64,000 nucleotides of DNA from the NCBI GenBank assembly GCA_037443005.1, contig JBBIPE010000001.1, positions 1,634 through 65,633 on the forward strand, given 5' to 3'. Source of the DNA: an archaeon (GTDB lineage: Archaea; Nanobdellota; Nanobdellia; Parvarchaeales; Parvarchaeaceae). Positions 58,538 through 64,000 of this stretch are shown piece after piece. Numbering within the stretch: position 1 is the stretch's first letter; each line of letters begins with the position of its first letter. A model generated the notes under the pieces. The model saw only the letters and a program-made list of their open reading frames with translations, did no database searches and was not told where the DNA came from. A program made the translations under genes and the position numbers.

Positions 58538-59475
58538 AGATTCTTCTCCAGATACTTCGATATCTTTGGATATATAACTTCTAATAGTTCCGGCGGATAA
58601 CTTTTTATAGCGGTCATAAATTTATCACGGTTTTCTTTTGTTAGATTAGCTTTAAGCCAATTCTCTATATTTCCAAAGTCAAGCGTTTCATATTTATTTT
58701 TATCTATATCTAAACCATAGGCATTCCTTTTTTCTTCTTTTATTTGCAGGTTAATTGCGTCCACAATGTGTTTCTCATTATTTGCTCCAGCAGGTGATTT
58801 TATTATGTAATCCATACTTTTTTCATTTAAAGCGTATAATCCACCATAAGTCACAGCATATTTTTCATGTTTTCCAAAGTATTTTTCAAGGTCATCTGAC
58901 GAAGGCTTTTCCTTTAATTCTGATATTTCAAGCATATCATCTAATTTTCTGTGTTTAAAGACTCCACATTTTAACGCTTCATCCTTATCCACTTTAGTCG
59001 TTGAAAACATTACTTCTCCATTGAATTTTTCTATGAAGTAAGAAAGAAAATTTCTGTCTGTATTTTTTTCTATTATTATATTGTCTCCGTTTATAACCAG
59101 GTATTTTTTCCCAATAAGTTTGTCTTTTGCCGCTGCAAGAGCATCTGCTGGGCCTCTTGGCTTATTAATAGAACTGTCTACGTTTTGATAAACAAGCTTT
59201 ATACTTATATTTTTGTCATATTGTTTTAGTTCTTTTTCTAGGCCCTTGACGTAATCATTTTGTACTTTAAAACAGTAATTGTTATCTTCATCTTTTCTGC
59301 TAATAATTATTATATCTTTTATGCCGTTATCAATTAGATTTTTTATGTGGTGATATAATATCGGTTTATCCTTATATAGAACCATTGTTTTTGGTATGAA
59401 GTTGGTGACAGGTTGTAGACGGCTACCGTTTCCAGCAGCTAAAATTACTGCACTTTCTAATTTTATGTACGGCAT
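58534..59475 (-). CDS. Sugar-phosphate nucleotidyltransferase
   Basis: AVILAAGNGSRLQPVT signature. Confidence 0.7.
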   Translation of the reverse strand: MPYIKLESAVILAAGNGSRLQPVTNFIPKTMVLYKDKPILYHHIKNLIDNGIKDIIIISRKDEDNNYCFKVQNDYVKGLEKELKQYDKNISIKLVYQNVDSSINKPRGPADALAAAKDKLIGKKYLVINGDNIIIEKNTDRNFLSYFIEKFNGEVMFSTTKVDKDEALKCGVFKHRKLDDMLEISELKEKPSSDDLEKYFGKHEKYAVTYGGLYALNEKSMDYIIKSPAGANNEKHIVDAINLQIKEEKRNAYGLDIDKNKYETLDFGNIENWLKANLTKENRDKFMTAIKSYPPELLEVIYPKISKYLEKNL

Positions 59476-59529
59476 AATCTACAATAATAGATACAAGAAT
59501 ACATCTACTATTAATACTTATTTTTAGTT

Positions 59530-60180
59530 TCAGCCTAGAAGTATATTCTCTGTTATCAATGCAGGGATCGTTTTTATCTTCTCTATATCAAAGTCTGTTT
59601 CCTTTAAAAGCAATTCAAGTAAAATCTTCTCGGCTTCCTCTTTCTTTATATTACCATCTGATAAGTCTTTACTTATTTCTCTATATCTTACTGAGTCTAT
59701 CATTGGAAAATTCTCATATTTTTTAATGTAGTCGTTAATTTCTTTGGAATAATCCTTTTTCTCATCTATATTCAACATCTCTTTCCAGAGACTAACTTCT
59801 TTCTCTCCAGTTTCCTTGCTGTCTGATGCATGTACTAGGTTTATCCCTTTTGTAGTTCCATACCTCCCTCTTATAGATAAGGGATCAGCTTTTTCACAGA
59901 TTGTTTTACCCAAAAGATTTCTTACTTTTTCCGTTACATTATCCCCAGCTGCTATTATTACTGCAAGTTCTGTGGAGCTCATGAAGTTTACTAGATTATC
60001 ATAAAAAAATTTGCCCTTATGTTCTCCATAGTGTTTATCCGCAAGAAAGCTTTTTTCTGGTTTAAGTACGTTGAAGAATTTTATTTCTACACCTAATCCC
60101 ATTATACTTTTAAGGGCCCTTGCACCCGAGTATCTTCTTATAATTCCATCTGGCTTAAGCAGTATTAGCATTTCTTCCAT
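59530..60180 (-). CDS. ndk: Nucleoside diphosphate kinase with about 70-aa C-terminal extension
   Basis: NLVHASDS active-site region; 216 aa versus about 150 typical. Confidence 0.85.
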   Translation of the reverse strand: MEEMLILLKPDGIIRRYSGARALKSIMGLGVEIKFFNVLKPEKSFLADKHYGEHKGKFFYDNLVNFMSSTELAVIIAAGDNVTEKVRNLLGKTICEKADPLSIRGRYGTTKGINLVHASDSKETGEKEVSLWKEMLNIDEKKDYSKEINDYIKKYENFPMIDSVRYREISKDLSDGNIKKEEAEKILLELLLKETDFDIEKIKTIPALITENILLG

Positions 60181-60308
60181 TATCTTTTTTATCTATGATA
60201 TAATATAAATCTTCTCTTAAATTATAAACAAAAGTATTTTATAACGAAAGATTACAAAACCTTATAATGTATGTGCCCTTATAATCTATAAAAAAGGGAG
60301 TAAAATTT

Positions 60309-62021
60309 ATGAGATCACCTATCTGTGCTTTTTTAGGGCATGTTGACGCTGGGAAAACCAGTATAATGGATTCGATAAGGAATACAATGTCAGCTTATAA
60401 GGAAAGCGGCGGCCTTACTCAGAACATTGGCGTTACTGAAGTACCGACTGACAGGATAAACCAGATAGCAGAGGATTTACTTAGAAAATTCAATATAGAC
60501 ATAAAAGTGCCAAGCATACTTTTTATAGACTCTCCAGGCCATGAAGCTTTTGTTACATTAAGAGAAAGAGGGGCTTCTATAGCAGACATAGCAATACTAA
60601 CAATAGATGTAATGGAAGGAATACAGAATCAGACAATAGAGTCAATAGAGATTCTTAAATCCTATAAAACTCCATTCATAATTGCACTTACAAAAATAGA
60701 TACTATAAGAGGATTCTTTAATATGGAAGGTTCATCTTTTCTTGAGTTTATAGCAAAGCAGCCGCAAAGTTATATAGAGCTTATAGATGAGAAGATTTAC
60801 AAGCTTATTACTGACCTTTCAATTTATAATTTTCAGGCCGAAAGATACGACAGAGTAAAGGATTTCACAAAAGAGGTTGCGATAGTCCCTTTATCCTCTG
60901 TAAAAGAGATAGGTATAAAAGACTTAATTGTAATGTTGATCGGGCTCAGCCAGAGGTATATAGGACTGGATAAGCAGGAAAGAAGCAGTGCCGCTGTGCT
61001 GGAAGAGAAAAATGTAAAGGGATTAGGAAAGGTTTATGATGCGATAGTATATGCAGGTGTACTTAAAGTAGGTGATAAAGTTATTGCAAATACAGTTGAT
61101 GGGCCTATAGAAAACAAGGTTAAAGGAATAATGCGCTTGGTACCACTTGAAGAGAGTAGGGAGAACTTTGGGAAATATGAAAGTCTTCAGGAAGTTAACG
61201 CAACTACCCCTATACGGCTTATCCTGCAGGAACCGAATGTTATGCTTGGAACATCAATAACAGTCTTTTCAAATGAGGAGGAAAAGCAGGATTTGATACA
61301 GAAGATAAAGGAGACTGTAGGATACACAGGTGATGATAGTAAAGGGTTAGTCATATGTGCCGATTCTTTGGGAAGTATAGATGCGATAAGGAAGATTGCA
61401 ACTTCACAGGGTATAGAGATTGGTAAATCAAAGGTGGGAGAACCATCAAAAAATGATATAACTACAGCAAGTTTAAATGGCGGCGCCATTCTGTGCTTTA
61501 ATGTTCCTGTTTCAAAGCAGACGGCTTCTATAGGTGATGAATATTCTGTAAGGATAATAAACTCAAATTCAATTTACACACTTTTTGATATGTACAACCA
61601 GTTCCAGCAGGAGTCTAAAAATATGAGCTTGGAGAATAGGAAAAGCAAGCTAAGGCTGCCTTCAAAGTTTACTTTCCTTAAGGGTAATATTTTTCGCAGA
61701 TCAGACCCCTGTGTTTTCGGAGCCGAAATTCTACTCGGAGAATTACGGCCAAATTACCATATTATAAATTCAAAAGGCCAAAGAATCGGCCAAATAAAGG
61801 ATATTCAGTCGGATAAGATTAAACTTTTAAGTGCAGTCAAAGGTGATAAAGTGGCAGTAAGCATAGACAATGCAGTTTATGGCAGAACCATCTTCGAGGG
61901 AGATATACTGTATACTGATATGGAGCTTTCTGATATAATGAAGTTCGATGACATTGCTAAGGATTTGCCGATGGATTATTCAGAAGCTCTATCTGATATA
62001 AGAAAAATAAAAATGCTTTAA
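60309..62021 (+). CDS. infB: Translation initiation factor aIF5B (IF-2 homologue), no intein
   Basis: GHVDAGKTSIMDSIR G1, DSPGH G3; 570 aa; SD GGGAG. Confidence 0.9.
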   Translation: MRSPICAFLGHVDAGKTSIMDSIRNTMSAYKESGGLTQNIGVTEVPTDRINQIAEDLLRKFNIDIKVPSILFIDSPGHEAFVTLRERGASIADIAILTIDVMEGIQNQTIESIEILKSYKTPFIIALTKIDTIRGFFNMEGSSFLEFIAKQPQSYIELIDEKIYKLITDLSIYNFQAERYDRVKDFTKEVAIVPLSSVKEIGIKDLIVMLIGLSQRYIGLDKQERSSAAVLEEKNVKGLGKVYDAIVYAGVLKVGDKVIANTVDGPIENKVKGIMRLVPLEESRENFGKYESLQEVNATTPIRLILQEPNVMLGTSITVFSNEEEKQDLIQKIKETVGYTGDDSKGLVICADSLGSIDAIRKIATSQGIEIGKSKVGEPSKNDITTASLNGGAILCFNVPVSKQTASIGDEYSVRIINSNSIYTLFDMYNQFQQESKNMSLENRKSKLRLPSKFTFLKGNIFRRSDPCVFGAEILLGELRPNYHIINSKGQRIGQIKDIQSDKIKLLSAVKGDKVAVSIDNAVYGRTIFEGDILYTDMELSDIMKFDDIAKDLPMDYSEALSDIRKIKML

Positions 62022-62839
62022 GGCCAATTCTTTATTGCCTTCTCATAAAGATTCATATTATCACAGGGAAACCATTTCCCAGAATATATGAATCCGTCTA
62101 TGACTCTTTTTTCCGCAACCTTTTCAAATATTTCCGATATATTGGATTCGCCAGACGGTATAAGACTCACAAACGAAGGATTCAAAACATATATGCCCGC
62201 ATTTACTAAATGTGAGACCTGTTCTGTCTTCGGCTTTTCAATGAATTTAACTATTTTATTCCCTTCCATCTCAACTACTCCAAACTGTGATACATCGTCC
62301 TGCGATACCAATGCTATTGTTGCAAGTGATTTGTCTTTCTTGTGGAATTCAAAGATCTTATTTAGGTCAAAATCAAACAGATTGTCACCATTTAATACTA
62401 TGAAATCATCATGGAACATGTTCTGGTTCTTTTTTACCGCACCGCCTGTCCCCATTGGTCTGGTCTCTTCCGAGTATTCTATTCTTACTCCGAATTTGCT
62501 TCCATCGCCGAAATACTCGTGTATCTTGCTACCAAGATATCCTACCGATATTATTATGTCCAGAAAATCCGCTTTTTTAAGCTGTTCTATTACATGTTCG
62601 AGTATAGGCCGGCCATTTACTGGCATCATTGGTTTTGGTATTTCATAAGTAAGCGGTCTCAATCTTGTTCCAGATCCTCCTGCAAGTATAAATGCTATTT
62701 TGCTTTTCACAGGCTCAAAATGATCTTTTATTATCCTTTCTATTGCTATTGACCTGTTTGGTATGTTTATACCATCTATTGTTTTATCTATTTTTTCAAG
62801 GGTTTTTTTATTTATTGTTATGGTTATCCTATCCTTCAT
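62018..62839 (-). CDS. Sugar nucleotidyltransferase with N-terminal ribbon-helix-helix-like domain
   Basis: N-terminal RITITINKKTLEKIDKTIDGINIPNRSIAIERIIKDHF then ILAGGSGTRLRPLT. Confidence 0.7.
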   Translation of the reverse strand: MKDRITITINKKTLEKIDKTIDGINIPNRSIAIERIIKDHFEPVKSKIAFILAGGSGTRLRPLTYEIPKPMMPVNGRPILEHVIEQLKKADFLDIIISVGYLGSKIHEYFGDGSKFGVRIEYSEETRPMGTGGAVKKNQNMFHDDFIVLNGDNLFDFDLNKIFEFHKKDKSLATIALVSQDDVSQFGVVEMEGNKIVKFIEKPKTEQVSHLVNAGIYVLNPSFVSLIPSGESNISEIFEKVAEKRVIDGFIYSGKWFPCDNMNLYEKAIKNWP

Positions 62840-62880
62840 ATTAATTCATACAAAGTATTATTTATAAGCTTTATTATGCG

Positions 62881-64000
62881 TCAATTTTTAAGTATCTTTG
62901 AAATTGCTTTGTTGAAGTTGTTCATAAATCTTTTTTCGTCGTGTCTTTTTGATTTTCTAGCGCCTGCAGCAAGCCTAGAATAAAATTTATTGTTGGTTAC
63001 GCTTTTCAATGCCGTGGCTATGCTATCCTCATCAGCATTTACAAGCAGGCCATTTTTTCCGTTATTTATAAATTCAGTAGGTCCTCCTTCATTTACCGAT
63101 ATTACAGGTTTGCCGTAAGCAAGAGATTCCAGCGGTGTTAATCCAGTATCCTCATTTATGGCCAAAAAGATAGTCGCATAGCAGCTGCTGTACAACCTGC
63201 TTATTTCATCTTCTGAAAGATTTTCTTTTACTATTATATTGCTGTTTTCCATTGACTTTATATATTGGAAATACTTTCTATCCTCCGGAAAACCGGCTAT
63301 CACAAGCTTAAAACCTTGTTTTGCTATCTCAGAAACGTTAAAAGCCCTTACTGCCAAATCCTGGCGTTTATATTTTATAAACCTACTCGGGTAAAATATG
63401 ATTTTCTCCGTTTTAATAGCCTTCTTTTTTGTTTTTGGATAATCTGCATATGGGCCAATGTCAAGTATTTTTTCTCTTTTTAGAAGGCCATAGTCAGTTA
63501 TCCTTTTTTCTACTTCTCTGCTAAGTACAATGGAGTAATCTAACTTTCTCCAGCTTTTCCTTTCAAGTAATCTATACACCGGTACTGCCAATGGTAAAAT
63601 TATTTTGTTTCTAAGGCTTTGATTTCTGTAATAATCATACATTGTATGAGCAACTCTTAAAGGAGTATGACATATCGCAACAGTTCTTTTATGTTTGTTT
63701 CTAAAAGTTATAAACTCGGCTATTCCTGCAGTTGATATCATAAATATATCATAATCCCCTAAGTCATTTATTTTGGTAAATATCAATCGCAGGAAAAGTC
63801 CTGCCCCTCTCCCGATAAATCCTTTCGGTTCGGAATCTCCAAGTACTTTTATTCTGCATTTTTTAAACTCCTGAAATGTTTTTTCTTTATCATAAAAAAA
63901 AGTGTAGATATCACATTTGTATTTTTGATTTTTTGCTATGGATAATACAATTCTTTCAACACCGCCCTTACTTTTTATCCATGGTATAAACAATGCTATC
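62881..64000 (-). CDS. GT4-family glycosyltransferase, 5' end truncated by window edge
   Basis: EGGPTEFINNGKNGLL C-terminal GT4 motif; reading frame open to window end. Confidence 0.75.
   Translation of the reverse strand, partial: IALFIPWIKSKGGVERIVLSIAKNQKYKCDIYTFFYDKEKTFQEFKKCRIKVLGDSEPKGFIGRGAGLFLRLIFTKINDLGDYDIFMISTAGIAEFITFRNKHKRTVAICHTPLRVAHTMYDYYRNQSLRNKIILPLAVPVYRLLERKSWRKLDYSIVLSREVEKRITDYGLLKREKILDIGPYADYPKTKKKAIKTEKIIFYPSRFIKYKRQDLAVRAFNVSEIAKQGFKLVIAGFPEDRKYFQYIKSMENSNIIVKENLSEDEISRLYSSCYATIFLAINEDTGLTPLESLAYGKPVISVNEGGPTEFINNGKNGLLVNADEDSIATALKSVTNNKFYSRLAAGARKSKRHDEKRFMNNFNKAISKILKN

Noticed and set aside
1-64000. Whole-window scan for CRISPR arrays, rRNA genes, inteins or introns in atpA/infB/rfc/cdc48, and further tRNAs
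   Set aside because: No regularly spaced direct repeats of 24-40 bp, no rRNA-like conserved blocks and no intein-sized insertions were found. atpA is 583 aa and aIF5B is 570 aa. Only three tRNA cloverleaves were found by eye. A tRNAscan-SE or Infernal run would be needed to exclude small ncRNAs such as C/D-box sRNAs.

Overview
This 64-kb window comes from an AT-rich (roughly 35% GC), gene-dense archaeal chromosome. Genes are short and many pairs overlap by 1-4 bp. Markers include an A-type ATPase operon, archaeal-type LeuRS and ProRS, RFC, Cdc48/VAT, aIF5B, SMC-ScpAB, S17e, a class-III-signal-peptide pilin and an AglH-like GPT. The genome looks Thermoplasmata- or DPANN-like. Most of the window is housekeeping. 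The housekeeping genes are a KaiC-like ATPase, rfcS and rfcL, a Trm5-like methyltransferase, leuS, proS, an NFACT/RqcH homologue, the nine-gene A-ATPase operon, a hypothetical protein followed by cdc48, scpA and scpB, and a TrmB regulator. It also holds smc, ksgA, a short rpl2-rps19-rpl22-rps3-rpl29 block, an isolated nuoJKLMN block, an SPFH protein, a HAD hydrolase, tatD, rnz, ndk, aIF5B, two sugar nucleotidyltransferases, a GT4 glycosyltransferase and three HIT-superfamily proteins. It also contains three tRNAs: Thr-GGU, Gln-UUG and Thr-UGU. No rRNA, CRISPR array or intein was seen. Accessory content sits mainly next to tRNA genes. A RelE/ParE-like pair lies by tRNA-Thr. Between tRNA-Gln and a HIT gene lie a LamG-type pilin, a GC-rich tract with five 11-bp GGGAGT repeats, and an AbiEii/AbiEi-like pair in reversed order preceded by a palindrome abutting the start codon. 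The most notable signal is a family of four related miniature IS200/IS605-type elements (165-486 bp). Each is inserted 3' of TTAAN and ends in GGAGG-NN-TCAC. Each has a left-end subterminal hairpin. Three carry in-frame fusions of the TnpB N-terminus (MEVRRAYKFRIYP) to its C-terminal zinc-finger and RuvC-III remnant. Each retains about 140 nt of 3' sequence that looks like an omega-RNA scaffold, with compensatory changes between copies. Two copies end 3 nt and 26 nt upstream of the nuoJ and smc start codons, and one exactly fills a convergent intergenic gap and supplies a stop codon. I read these as TnpB-less derivatives, possibly guide-RNA-only modules. A full TnpB elsewhere in the genome would be needed for function.
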